The notes beneath the pieces are model-generated. The model saw only the letters and a program-made list of their open reading frames with translations, had not been told where the DNA came from and made no database searches. From assembly GCF_964030745.1 (NCBI RefSeq), contig NZ_OZ034918.1, positions 90,001 to 122,000 on the forward strand: 32,000 bases of DNA. Direction: 5' to 3'. The translations under genes were made by a program, and so were the position numbers. The stretch is from Candidatus Saccharimonadota bacterium. GTDB taxonomy: Bacteria > Bacteroidota > Bacteroidia > Cytophagales > Amoebophilaceae. Shown in pieces: positions 17,130 to 26,644 of the stretch. The stretch's first letter is position 1. Each line of letters begins with the position of its first letter.

Positions 17130-17256
17130 GGCAATCTGTTATATTAAACCACCTCTACCTAGGAGAGTCAGAAAACGCTATAATAAGAATATTAGGCTAA
17201 TAATCCAAAAAGTTTAGATGAACTTAGGCAGATTAATGCTCATCTAGTTTATCTAT

Positions 17257-17275
17257 TATATTTGTTATATATTTG
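17257..17275 (+). promoter_or_regulatory. Two TATATTTG -7-type promoter elements 3 nt apart upstream of bioY
   Basis: TATATTTG at 17257..17264 and 17268..17275. The second overlaps the track's TTG start (17273), which argues for the ATG at 17309 as the real start. Confidence 0.4.
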
Positions 17276-17308
17276 GCAGTCAGGCAACGTCTGACGAAAA
17301 ACATAGAA

Positions 17309-17857
17309 ATGCTTATGGGCACAAAGGATATCGTATACATTGCACTATTTGCCGCAATAGCTGCAGTCTTAGCCCTTATTCCTCCAATATACTTACCTTT
17401 CCATCCAGTGCCGCTAACCGCTCAATCTCTAGGACCTATGCTAGCAGGTAGCATTTTAGGCGCTAAACGAGCTACCTTAGCCATCTTTTTATTTATAGCC
17501 ATCATGGCAACTGGACTTCCCATTATGGCAGGTGGTCGTGGTGGAATCGCCATTATCATGGGGCCAACGGGTGGTTTCATACTTGGCTTTCCAGCTGCTG
17601 CCTATATTATTGGCTGGTTATTCGAAAGGAATTGGAATAGATTGAACCTAGCTTGGGCCTTTATCTATATCCTATTGGGTGGCATCATTGTACTCTATAT
17701 TTGTGGTCTGCTATGGATTGCTATGATGTTTAACTTTGACCTATATAAAGCTTTTTTATCTTCTTGTATATTTATTCCAGGAGATATCATTAAGGTTACT
17801 ATTGCAGCTACTGCTTCAATGGTCATTAAAAGATCCTATCCTTTGATAAAAATGTAA
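17309..17857 (+). CDS. bioY: Biotin ECF transporter substrate-binding (S) component BioY
   Basis: 182-aa protein with six hydrophobic helices and BioY-like motifs (PVPLTAQSLGPMLAG, GPTGGFILGF). Followed directly by ECF A and T components. Confidence 0.85.
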   Translation: MLMGTKDIVYIALFAAIAAVLALIPPIYLPFHPVPLTAQSLGPMLAGSILGAKRATLAIFLFIAIMATGLPIMAGGRGGIAIIMGPTGGFILGFPAAAYIIGWLFERNWNRLNLAWAFIYILLGGIIVLYICGLLWIAMMFNFDLYKAFLSSCIFIPGDIIKVTIAATASMVIKRSYPLIKM

Positions 17858-17886
17858 CGCTAAGGGTTAGTCTTGTATATAATGAA

Positions 17887-18570
17887 ATGATTAGAATAGA
17901 CAATGCAAGTGTTTCTTTTGACAACCTCTACGCTTTAAAAAATATTCATGTAACATTACATGAAAAAAGGATTGGCGTTATAGGTTCAAATGGAAGCGGT
18001 AAAAGTACATTTTCCAGGCTTATCAATGGATTGCAGCTTCCATCTGAAGGGAAAGTAGAAATCGATCATCTATCTACTTGTAAAGATGGTAAAGCCATTA
18101 GGCGTAAAGTAGGATTTGTTTTTCAAAATCCCGATCATCAAATTATCTTCCCTATAGTAGAAGAAGACATTGCTTTTGGCCTTCAAAACATTGGTTATAA
18201 GAAAGCAGAGATCCATCAAAAGATCGATGACCTACTTGCTGCCTATGGTTTAACACACTTAAGATATAGAAAATCCCATCTGCTGAGTGGAGGTGAGAAA
18301 CAACTTTTAGCCATTTTATCTGTTCTGGTTATGGAGCCTACCTATATTGTATTGGATGAACCAACAATATTTTTAGACCTAAAAAACAAGAAAAAAATAG
18401 TTCAGTTAATGGAAAGGCTGCACCAAACGATTATCATGGTTACGCATGATTTAGATCTACTGATGCATTTTGACCGTGTATTGGTTTTTGAACAGGGGTG
18501 CTTGGTTGCAGATGATATCCCTACCCGCTCTATAAAAGCATATCAAAGGCTGATAGATGACCAATTATAA
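17887..18570 (+). CDS. bioM: ECF transporter ATPase (A component, BioM/CbiO type)
   Basis: Walker A GSNGSGKST, ABC signature LSGGEKQ, Walker B YIVLDEPT, H-loop VTHD. Confidence 0.85.
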   Translation: MIRIDNASVSFDNLYALKNIHVTLHEKRIGVIGSNGSGKSTFSRLINGLQLPSEGKVEIDHLSTCKDGKAIRRKVGFVFQNPDHQIIFPIVEEDIAFGLQNIGYKKAEIHQKIDDLLAAYGLTHLRYRKSHLLSGGEKQLLAILSVLVMEPTYIVLDEPTIFLDLKNKKKIVQLMERLHQTIIMVTHDLDLLMHFDRVLVFEQGCLVADDIPTRSIKAYQRLIDDQL

Positions 18571-19147
18571 AATAGATAGGAAACAATGGTGTAGCATAGC
18601 CCCTGAATGGAAGTTAATCCTGCTAATATTAGTGACTAGTCTATCGTTTATAGGATATGACTGGCGTTTTTACCTAGCCAATTTATCTATAACCTTTGCT
18701 TTAAGCTTCTTAATGCATATTGCTTATAATCAATTATTTAAGCCCATAAGGGCTCATTTTTACCTACTGATTATCATCTTTGTTATGCATGCCATTGGAG
18801 GGGATTGGGTAGATGGGATTAAGGCGATGCTAAGGTTGTGTAACATTGTACTATTTGCTTCATGGCTTCTATTGACCACATCTTATTCAGATATCATGGA
18901 AGGATTAGTCGCTTTATTAAAGCCATTATCATATGTTGGCGTAAAGCCTGCTGAGGTTAGCCTTGCTTTTGCACTAACCATACGTTTTATGCCACTTATC
19001 ATGGATACCTTCAAGGAAGTAAAAATGGCTCAAAAAGCGAGAGGAATAAATAAAAATTTTATGGCCATACTTATCCCGTCAGTTATCAAAACCATCAAAA
19101 TGGCAGATGATATTGCAGAAGCCATAGCAGCCAGATGCTGGGAATAA
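18557..19147 (+). CDS. bioN: ECF transporter transmembrane (T) component (BioN/CbiQ type)
   Basis: Polytopic membrane protein whose start overlaps the ATPase gene by 14 nt. It has the conserved cytoplasmic coupling motif region (ALTIRFMPL..., AQKARG). Confidence 0.78.
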   Translation: MTNYKIDRKQWCSIAPEWKLILLILVTSLSFIGYDWRFYLANLSITFALSFLMHIAYNQLFKPIRAHFYLLIIIFVMHAIGGDWVDGIKAMLRLCNIVLFASWLLLTTSYSDIMEGLVALLKPLSYVGVKPAEVSLAFALTIRFMPLIMDTFKEVKMAQKARGINKNFMAILIPSVIKTIKMADDIAEAIAARCWE

Positions 19148-19291
19148 CGCTCAAAAAAACAAATTTTATTTTAAAAATCTCACCCAGATTTTTTTAGAAG
19201 CAAAAAAAAGGCTAAGCCGTTCTTTTTTTGTTTATTGCATAAATAAGCTTACGGTTAAATAGATAGATCATTTTTAAGTATTGCATCCTAT

Positions 19292-21316
19292 ATGGTAGAT
19301 TTTTCGATTTGGTGGCGACACAGTTTGTTTTTTTTAGCTTTTGGCCTACCACTTGGCGCTTATGGCAAAGAAAAAGCAGAAGATGTTTTTGAAAAACCCC
19401 AAGAAGAAAAAGTTGAAGCCACCTCTACCTTTTTTATAACACCACGAGCAGTAAAACACAATTACAGAAGGTATCACCGAATAGACCGCTCTGTAACCAA
19501 AATGGACCGTTTTACAGTGGCAGAACAGCATGGCTACAACTTTCAGGACCTGGGCAATCACTGGACCGCTGCGCAACACATCTTTTATACATTACCCCAA
19601 CATATAGGTGCCACCTATGGACTTACTGCCTATGATTTTTATTTTCAACAACCACAAGATATACGTTACTACTATACAGAGAAAGCATATGCATACTTTA
19701 ATATTGTGCTGGCCAACTTGGGTAGCTTTTTATTTAATGGCTGTTATACCCAACGACTGCTTGAAACCTGGCATATAGGTACGAATTGGTATGGTGCTAT
19801 GACAGAAAATGAATGGCCACATAGTAAGGATGATAAAATCGTTAATGCCTTCCCCTATTTTGACATTTTTACCCATATCAAAAGTGAAGATGAGTCCTAC
19901 CACCTATTTACCAGCTGGTCTAATATGCAATACCTGACCAGAGAGACAGGTGGCGTACGTTCGCGTAAGGATCAGTTTGCCTATAAAGAGCAAAATCCCA
20001 GCAAACGTTACAAATCTTCTTTTCCACTACTGGCAGAGCCATATATGCATAACAAAATTGACCAAGTACATAAAGTAATGCACAAAGAGCTGAGACGCCA
20101 CTTTTACCTCTACCATCATTATGAGTTTAGCAAACCGCTACAACTATACCATGAACTGCATTATAGCCATAAAAAGAATCTATGCACCATTGACAAACTG
20201 GATGCAACATCACTACTACCTTTTATGTCTAAAGAGCTCCACAGCCAGTTTGAACCTCTCAATGATACAGCTGACAAAGAGCATGCCAGTGTTGTCATGC
20301 AATCTTTTGGTAATGAAATAGGGGTTAAAGGAGATATAGCACAGCCCAATATATATTATGCACTCCATTATAGACTGGACAATATTGCTTTACACTACGA
20401 TTTTTCTAAGCCTGAAACGGTAACCTACCGCCATTCTTTAAAAGGTCAAAAAGCAACAAAAGAACACTATCTAGGTGGCCATACACGCTTGCACTTTAGC
20501 CAGCACAATAAGCTTTGTATAGATGGCACCTATCTATTGCAGCAAGGAGGCTATCATAGGCTCAACATAATCTATCAATACAAGTTTTTTAAACTTACAG
20601 GACATACGATTAAGTATAAAACGCCTTATATAGTAGCCCATGGCTATAGTAGGCACAGACTCTGGGACAAGGCTTTCACAGCGCCATCTGCATGCACAAT
20701 AGATGGCGCAGTACGGTACCACACACCCCATATAACCATTCATCCTATACTATCTTTTAAAAAGCTCAACAACTATATTTACTACAGCCAAGCACCATTA
20801 AATGATAGAGATGACCATTGTATTGCTCAGCCCATGCAGGCAACCAAACCTATTTATCTTTGTTCTTTAGAAGGAAACTTAAATTTTTGCTTTTTTTCTT
20901 ATTTCCATTTTGACAATAGCCTGACCATGGTAAGAGAACTCAACAAAAAAGGTAAAATTTTTAAAGGCTATATTCCCCCTTATATGTATACAGGCCGTTA
21001 CTATTATGCAAACCAACCCTACGATAAAAAGATGGATATAGAAATAGGGCTAAATATACATTTTAAAGAGCTTTACTACGGAGATGGGTATGATGTCATT
21101 GCACAGCAATTTTACCGACAAAACAAATTCGCTGTACAGGGCAGACCCATTGTGGACATTTTTTGTAATATGCGCATCAGTAATTTAAAGATTTCACTGA
21201 AATACAGCTATATCAACGAATACTTTAACAAACCAACAGCCTACTTTGCTACACCATTTTACCCTGGCCTAAAAAAAGCAGCTGATATTGGCCTACATTG
21301 GTCTTTCTTTGATTAA
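19292..21316 (+). CDS. Large outer-membrane beta-barrel candidate (Bacteroidetes putative-porin-like); function uncertain
   Basis: Signal peptide (SLFFLAFGLPLGAYG). 674 aa rich in Tyr, His and aromatic residues with alternating patterns, a QDLGNHWT-type motif near the N-terminus, and an aromatic C-terminus (LHWSFFD). Confidence 0.45.
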   Translation: MVDFSIWWRHSLFFLAFGLPLGAYGKEKAEDVFEKPQEEKVEATSTFFITPRAVKHNYRRYHRIDRSVTKMDRFTVAEQHGYNFQDLGNHWTAAQHIFYTLPQHIGATYGLTAYDFYFQQPQDIRYYYTEKAYAYFNIVLANLGSFLFNGCYTQRLLETWHIGTNWYGAMTENEWPHSKDDKIVNAFPYFDIFTHIKSEDESYHLFTSWSNMQYLTRETGGVRSRKDQFAYKEQNPSKRYKSSFPLLAEPYMHNKIDQVHKVMHKELRRHFYLYHHYEFSKPLQLYHELHYSHKKNLCTIDKLDATSLLPFMSKELHSQFEPLNDTADKEHASVVMQSFGNEIGVKGDIAQPNIYYALHYRLDNIALHYDFSKPETVTYRHSLKGQKATKEHYLGGHTRLHFSQHNKLCIDGTYLLQQGGYHRLNIIYQYKFFKLTGHTIKYKTPYIVAHGYSRHRLWDKAFTAPSACTIDGAVRYHTPHITIHPILSFKKLNNYIYYSQAPLNDRDDHCIAQPMQATKPIYLCSLEGNLNFCFFSYFHFDNSLTMVRELNKKGKIFKGYIPPYMYTGRYYYANQPYDKKMDIEIGLNIHFKELYYGDGYDVIAQQFYRQNKFAVQGRPIVDIFCNMRISNLKISLKYSYINEYFNKPTAYFATPFYPGLKKAADIGLHWSFFD

Positions 21317-21407
21317 AGGAAAATATACATAACCATATAACCATACCATGAACAAGCATAAGCCTTTTGAAAAATTCCTTGCAACTACGTACCTTAGTGG
21401 GGTGAAC

Positions 21408-21543
21408 AGACCTCTTACGCAACCTACCTATGGCAGGCAATCTTTATAAGAAGCGTAGTCGAGCACCACACCATACTCAAGGTATGTTTGAGGAGCATAG
21501 GCGACAAAGCTGCCATTTAGCAGTCGAGTTTCGCAAAAGGTCT
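21408..21543 (+). repeat. TIR-bounded intergenic repeat element, copy A (full length, 136 bp)
   Basis: Termini AGACCTCTTACGCAA ... TTTCGCAAAAGGTCT are mutually inverted. The whole element aligns with the reverse complement of 30392..30533, with a near-identical 20-nt core AAGCG(T/C)AGTCGAGCACC(A/G)CA. It ends 34 nt before the atpB ATG. Confidence 0.75.
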
Positions 21544-21577
21544 AATGTTTATTTGAAACAGTTGCATCTAACCGCTT

Positions 21578-22627
21578 ATGTTACATTTTAGATTATTGCC
21601 ACTATTGTATTCCATGCGCAGCCAGTATATGCAGGCAATAAAGGCTTCTTGGATAGTATTTCTATTGGGTTGTATCGCCCCTTTGAGCGCTCGTTCTGCG
21701 CCACAAGAAACTGGATCGTGTATTATGGAACATGTGGCAGATGCCCATAGCTGGCATTTTGCTACCATTGGCCAGCAACATATTGGACTTCCATTACCCA
21801 TTATCCTTTATTCTTCAGATAGAGGCATCGAGTGTTTTTCCTCTGCTCGTTTGTATGACCAACACCACCAACCTACTCCCTACCGAGGCTACCTCCTTGT
21901 AGATCAAAAAATCTACTGCTTAGATCAAAACAGATCTGTCTTAGACCTATCCATTACCAAGAATATAGCAGCCATGTTAATGAGCATCCTACTACTTGTA
22001 AGCGGACTATTATGGATCACCAACAAGTATCGACGCGCCCCACTTGCCCCACCCAAAGGATGGCTTGCCCTTGTAGATCTGATTACCTCCTTTGTTAAAA
22101 ATGAAATAGCCATTCCCAATATAGGCAAGCAGCATTATGCCCGATTTCTTCCCTACCTATTAACCATCTTTTGCTTTATATGGCTGAACAACCTGTTGGG
22201 GCTTCTACCAGGTGGTGCCAATGTAACAGGAAATATTTCCATCACTTTGGTACTGGCTGCTTTTACCATTCTTATTACTATTTTTAATGGCAATAAACAC
22301 TATTGGCGCCATATATTTAAACCAGAGGGGGTCCCTAGCTGGTTATTACCTATTATGGTTCCAGTAGAAATGTTGGGCATTCTAACCAAGTTTTTCTCCC
22401 TTATGGTACGGTTATTTGCCAATATTACAGCAGGTCATATTATTTTACTAAGCATTATAGGGATTGTTTTTAGTATGAAAAGTACCTGTATAGGCTTAGT
22501 AGTCAGTGTACCACTTGGTACTTTTATGTTTCTCCTCAAGCTGCTCGTTGCTTTTTTGCAAGCATATGTTTTTACACTGCTTTCTGCTATTTATTTTGGG
22601 CAAGCGGTTGATGAAGGAGGCCATTAA
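21578..22627 (+). CDS. atpB: F0F1 ATP synthase subunit a, with the N-terminal extension typical of Bacteroidetes
   Basis: C-terminal half carries the subunit-a signature (LFANITAGHIILL, the essential Arg in VRLFAN). First gene of an atpBEFHAG cluster. Confidence 0.9.
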   Translation: MLHFRLLPLLYSMRSQYMQAIKASWIVFLLGCIAPLSARSAPQETGSCIMEHVADAHSWHFATIGQQHIGLPLPIILYSSDRGIECFSSARLYDQHHQPTPYRGYLLVDQKIYCLDQNRSVLDLSITKNIAAMLMSILLLVSGLLWITNKYRRAPLAPPKGWLALVDLITSFVKNEIAIPNIGKQHYARFLPYLLTIFCFIWLNNLLGLLPGGANVTGNISITLVLAAFTILITIFNGNKHYWRHIFKPEGVPSWLLPIMVPVEMLGILTKFFSLMVRLFANITAGHIILLSIIGIVFSMKSTCIGLVVSVPLGTFMFLLKLLVAFLQAYVFTLLSAIYFGQAVDEGGH

Positions 22628-22653
22628 TATGTTTATATTGCTTAGTTTTTATG

Positions 22654-22661
22654 TATATTTG
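22654..22661 (+). promoter_or_regulatory. TATATTTG -7-type element between atpB and atpE (possible internal promoter)
   Basis: Exact octamer, 34 nt upstream of the atpE ATG, inside the 67-nt atpB-atpE spacer. Confidence 0.35.
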
Positions 22662-22694
22662 CCTAACGTCTTTAACGATTAAATAAAAATTTCT

Positions 22695-22931
22695 ATGTTG
22701 ACTTTATTAGATATAAGTTTGTCATACGCTGGTGCGGGCATTGGTGCAGGCATCATTGCATTGGGTGCAGGCATTGGCGTTGGAAAAATTGGATCTGCCG
22801 CTATGGAAGCTATGAGTAGACAGCCAGAAATGAGCTCAAAGATTCAAACTGCTATGATTATTGCTTGCGCACTGGTTGAGGGCGTTGCAGTTTTTGGTGT
22901 AGTGATTTGTGCTTTGATCGCTATGAAGTAG
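22695..22931 (+). CDS. atpE: F0F1 ATP synthase subunit c
   Basis: 78-aa hairpin proteolipid: GAGIGAGIIALGAGIGVG, loop RQPE, and the carboxylate in ALVEGVAVFG. Confidence 0.93.
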   Translation: MLTLLDISLSYAGAGIGAGIIALGAGIGVGKIGSAAMEAMSRQPEMSSKIQTAMIIACALVEGVAVFGVVICALIAMK

Positions 22932-22982
22932 TATGGCGCTAATCAGCGTGCATCATCCCTTTTTCCACAACGAATAGCTGTC

Positions 22983-23480
22983 ATGACTTTAATAACGCCC
23001 GATTTTGGTATTATCTTTTGGCAAACTATAACCTTCTTAGTGGTTTTGTTGGTATTATCTAGGTATGCTTGGAAGCCTATTTTAGGAATCGTACAAGCAA
23101 GAGAGCATGCGGTAGCAAATGCTATAGATAAAATTGCGCAAGCAGAAGCATTAATCAAGCAAGTGGAGGATGACCGAAATAGATTAATAGGCGAGGCACA
23201 TCTAGAACGTGAGCGTATCATTGGTGAAGCATTGGCGACTCAGCGCACCATTCTTGACCAAGCCCATCAAGAAGGTTTAACAGTCAAGGAGCAGTTGGTC
23301 ACACAAGCTAAAATCGAAATTACTAGAGAAGAAGCCCGTGCACATGAAGCAGTCAAGGCCCATTTGGGATCATTAGTGGTTCAAGTTGCTGAAAAATTAT
23401 TGGCTAAAGAATTAAGCCAAGATGCATCCCAATGGGAACTAGTAGCGCAACTCATAGCAAACGAAAGCCCATCTGCTTAG
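22983..23480 (+). CDS. atpF: F0F1 ATP synthase subunit b
   Basis: One N-terminal TM helix (FGIIFWQTITFLVVLLVL), then a long charged coiled coil. Position in the operon fits. Confidence 0.9.
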   Translation: MTLITPDFGIIFWQTITFLVVLLVLSRYAWKPILGIVQAREHAVANAIDKIAQAEALIKQVEDDRNRLIGEAHLERERIIGEALATQRTILDQAHQEGLTVKEQLVTQAKIEITREEARAHEAVKAHLGSLVVQVAEKLLAKELSQDASQWELVAQLIANESPSA

Positions 23481-23499
23481 CAGACAAAGAAGCTGATCT

Positions 23500-24039
23500 A
23501 TGTTACAAAAAAAGAAGATAGCAGAACGGTATGCCAGCGTTTTGCTGGCCCAAGCCATTCAAAGTGGTAGGCTTCAGCCAATCAACAGTGACCTCTCGTT
23601 TTTGCACCATCAGTTTACGGCATATCCTTTATTAGATGGCTTACTCAATAATCCTACCATACCCCATTCTGAGAAACGAACATTACTTAAAAAGATTTGC
23701 AACCAAGGTCTTAATCCTCTGGTCTGGAGGTTTCTTGAAATAATTATAGATCAACATCAAATCGGTTTTTTAAAGGAAATTTTAACTGCCTTTTCGACCG
23801 CCTATCACAGTCACATAGGACTTCAATCTGCCACTGTAACCACTGCTGTTGCATTACCAGAAGCGCTGATTCAGAGATTGGTAGAAGAGGTAAAACAATG
23901 GGTCCCCTGTAAAGAAGTTTTGTTAAAGCAACAAATTGACCCTTCCATTATTGGAGGTTATATATTGCAAATTGGTGATTTAAAGCTAGATAAAAGTATA
24001 AAACATGGGCTGCAGGCATTACAAAATGCTTTACACTAA
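23500..24039 (+). CDS. atpH: F0F1 ATP synthase subunit delta (OSCP)
   Basis: 179 aa, N-terminal [11 protein letters not shown]-terminal [19 protein letters not shown]. Position between atpF and atpA. Confidence 0.85.
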   Translation: MLQKKKIAERYASVLLAQAIQSGRLQPINSDLSFLHHQFTAYPLLDGLLNNPTIPHSEKRTLLKKICNQGLNPLVWRFLEIIIDQHQIGFLKEILTAFSTAYHSHIGLQSATVTTAVALPEALIQRLVEEVKQWVPCKEVLLKQQIDPSIIGGYILQIGDLKLDKSIKHGLQALQNALH

Positions 24040-24116
24040 GCTGGTGTTTTATAGATAAAGAAGTTAAAAGCAAAATATATGGCTGCTATAAAGCAGATGA
24101 AATTATAATTGAACAA

Positions 24117-25703
24117 ATGGCACAAATAAATACAGATGCGGTTACTGCAATACTCAAAACGCAATTATCCAACTTTAAAACGGAAACTGAACTAGCAGAA
24201 ACAGGTATCGTCATTCAGTCTGGTGATGGTGTAGTACGCATCTATGGTCTCTTACATGTACAAGCAGGCGAGTTGCTTTCTTTTTCAAATGGATGCAAAG
24301 GACTGGCCTTAAACCTAGAAGAGCATATGGTAGGGGCCGTTATTTTAGGAGACGCCAATTCCATTAAAGAGGGAGATGTAGTGACGAGAAGCAAGCATGT
24401 AGCTTCCATTCAAGTAGGCGAAGGGTTACTAGGCCGTGTAGTGGACACCCTGGGCATGCCTATAGATGGCAATGGCCCTATTGTTGGAGAAACTTTTGAG
24501 ATGCCCCTAGAACGCAATGGACCTGGTGTCATTTACCGTCAACCTGTAGATACACCCCTCCAAACAGGATTAAAAGCGATTGATGCAATGATTCCCATTG
24601 GCAAAGGGCAAAGGGAGCTTATTATTGGGGATAGGCAATCGGGTAAAACATCTATTGCACTCGATACCATTATCAATCAACGTAGGTTATTTGAGCAAGG
24701 CAAGCCTATTTATTGTATTTATGTAGCCATTGGTCAAAAAGCATCTGCTATAGCCGGTGTAGTGGAAACATTAACCAAACATGGTGCGATGGCCTATACC
24801 ACTATTGTAGCCGCACCCTCTTCTGCTTCCGCGCCTATGCAGTCTTTTGCCCCCTTTGCAGGAGCAGCTATTGGTGAATTTTTCAGAGATACTGGAAGAG
24901 ATGCGCTGGTTATATACGACGACCTTTCCAAGCAGGCAGTTGCTTATAGGGAATTATCGCTATTGTTGCGCAGACCACCAGGCCGAGAAGCCTTTCCTGG
25001 TGATATTTTTTACCTACATGCCCGTTTATTGGAACGCGCAGCCCATATCATTACTGGTGATGCAATGGCCGCTTCTATGAATGACATTCCAGCCTCCTTA
25101 ATAGGAAAAGTCAAAGGAGGCGGATCACTTACCGCACTACCTATTGTAGAAACCCAAATGGGCGATGTATCTGCTTACATTCCCACCAACGTTATTTCCA
25201 TTACGGATGGGCAGATCTTCCTAGAAATGAATTTATTTAATGCTGGCATCAAGCCTGCTATTAATGTAGGGATTTCTGTATCTCGCATTGGTGGCGCCGC
25301 ACAAATCAAAGCGATTAAAAAAGTAGCTGCCACCTTAAAACTGGATCAAGCGCAATTTACGGAACTAGAGGCTTTTTCAAAATTTAGCTCTGATTTAGAG
25401 AATACTACTAAAAAAGCTATTGAGAGAGGGCGTAAAAACCAAGAGCTACTCAAGCAAAGCTTACACGCCCCTATGGTAGTAGAGGAACAAGTTGCTATAT
25501 TGTATATAGCTATGAGTGGCTACTTGGATACCGTTCCACTAGCCCAAATCAAAATATTTGAAAGAAAGTTTTTAGAATTATTACGTACCCAACATCCTAC
25601 TATGCTGGCAAGTATTGCAGAGGGAAGCTGGGGAGACCAAATGATTCAGGTGCTAACAGAAGTAGCCAAGCCCCTACTAGCAGTCTATTCAGCAACTGCT
25701 TAA
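24117..25703 (+). CDS. atpA: F0F1 ATP synthase subunit alpha
   Basis: P-loop [51 protein letters not shown], and length of 528 aa. Confidence 0.95.
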   Translation: MAQINTDAVTAILKTQLSNFKTETELAETGIVIQSGDGVVRIYGLLHVQAGELLSFSNGCKGLALNLEEHMVGAVILGDANSIKEGDVVTRSKHVASIQVGEGLLGRVVDTLGMPIDGNGPIVGETFEMPLERNGPGVIYRQPVDTPLQTGLKAIDAMIPIGKGQRELIIGDRQSGKTSIALDTIINQRRLFEQGKPIYCIYVAIGQKASAIAGVVETLTKHGAMAYTTIVAAPSSASAPMQSFAPFAGAAIGEFFRDTGRDALVIYDDLSKQAVAYRELSLLLRRPPGREAFPGDIFYLHARLLERAAHIITGDAMAASMNDIPASLIGKVKGGGSLTALPIVETQMGDVSAYIPTNVISITDGQIFLEMNLFNAGIKPAINVGISVSRIGGAAQIKAIKKVAATLKLDQAQFTELEAFSKFSSDLENTTKKAIERGRKNQELLKQSLHAPMVVEEQVAILYIAMSGYLDTVPLAQIKIFERKFLELLRTQHPTMLASIAEGSWGDQMIQVLTEVAKPLLAVYSATA

Positions 25704-25737
25704 AGGGGTCTCGTAAAAGTAAAGCAACCAAATCACT

Positions 25738-26625
25738 ATGGCACATCTTAAAGAAGTAGCAGACCGAATCAGTTTGATAGCCTTTACCCAGCAAATTACC
25801 AAAGCGATGAAAATGGTATCTGCTTCCAAATTGCATAAGGCTCAGCAGAGGCTATTGCCTCTAAAAGCGTATACCACCCAATATGATCTATTATTGCATA
25901 CTGTCTTACAGACTATGGATGGAAGCGAGCTAGCCCATCCTTTAACCAAACAAAAGATAGGCAATCGGCTATTGTTGGTAGTGGTTGCTTCCAATCGAGG
26001 GCTATGTGGCGCATTCAATAAAAATGTAATCAAAACAGCTTATGAAGAAGCAATCAAACGCAAGCAAAGTGGGGCCGCTGTAGAAGTGCTGGTTATTGGC
26101 AAAAAAGCCCATCAATTTTTTAAAAAGTATTCCATACCTATTATAGATGGTTATATTGACCTATTAGAAAAACCCAATGATCAAGCAAGCAGTATGTTGG
26201 CTGCCTATTGTATAGAAGCTTTTCAGACCAACAGATACACTGAGATTATATTGGCTTATACCGCTTTTAAAAATTCCGCTAAGCAAGCGGTAGCCATAGT
26301 TCCCTTTTTACCTTTTTTGCCTAGTGTGGAAACGCAGGATAACTCCCCTCCTACCGGTCCATTTTATTATATGTATGAACCCTCTCATCAGTTACTCATA
26401 GAGCAGCTTATTCCCCAAATATTAAAACATAAAATCATGCATATGCTGGTTGAATCTAGTGCCAGTGAACATGCTGCAAGAATGGCCACCATGAGCCAAG
26501 CAACGGATAATGCAGATGAGCTTTTAAAAGTACTACGCATCAGTTACAACAGAAGCAGGCAAGCATTAATCACCAACTCCCTAGCAGAAATTACAAGTGG
26601 CGCGGAAGCTTTAGCAAACGCTTAA
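25738..26625 (+). CDS. atpG: F0F1 ATP synthase subunit gamma
   Basis: N-terminal KEVADRISLIAFTQQITKAMKMVSASKL and C-terminal ITNSLAEITSGAEAL, the gamma-subunit signatures. Confidence 0.92.
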   Translation: MAHLKEVADRISLIAFTQQITKAMKMVSASKLHKAQQRLLPLKAYTTQYDLLLHTVLQTMDGSELAHPLTKQKIGNRLLLVVVASNRGLCGAFNKNVIKTAYEEAIKRKQSGAAVEVLVIGKKAHQFFKKYSIPIIDGYIDLLEKPNDQASSMLAAYCIEAFQTNRYTEIILAYTAFKNSAKQAVAIVPFLPFLPSVETQDNSPPTGPFYYMYEPSHQLLIEQLIPQILKHKIMHMLVESSASEHAARMATMSQATDNADELLKVLRISYNRSRQALITNSLAEITSGAEALANA

Positions 26626-26644
26626 AAGCTCCACAAATAACCTA

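Noticed and set aside
21249-22128. Minus-strand ORFs 21249..21440, 21568..21801 and 21925..22128
   Set aside because: The first overlaps the porin-like gene end and repeat copy A. The others are antisense to atpB. None has supporting signals.
22943-23221. 92-aa ORF antisense to atpF
   Set aside because: It lies opposite a well-supported b-subunit gene. Its Ala/Ser/Cys-rich product mirrors the coiled-coil codons.
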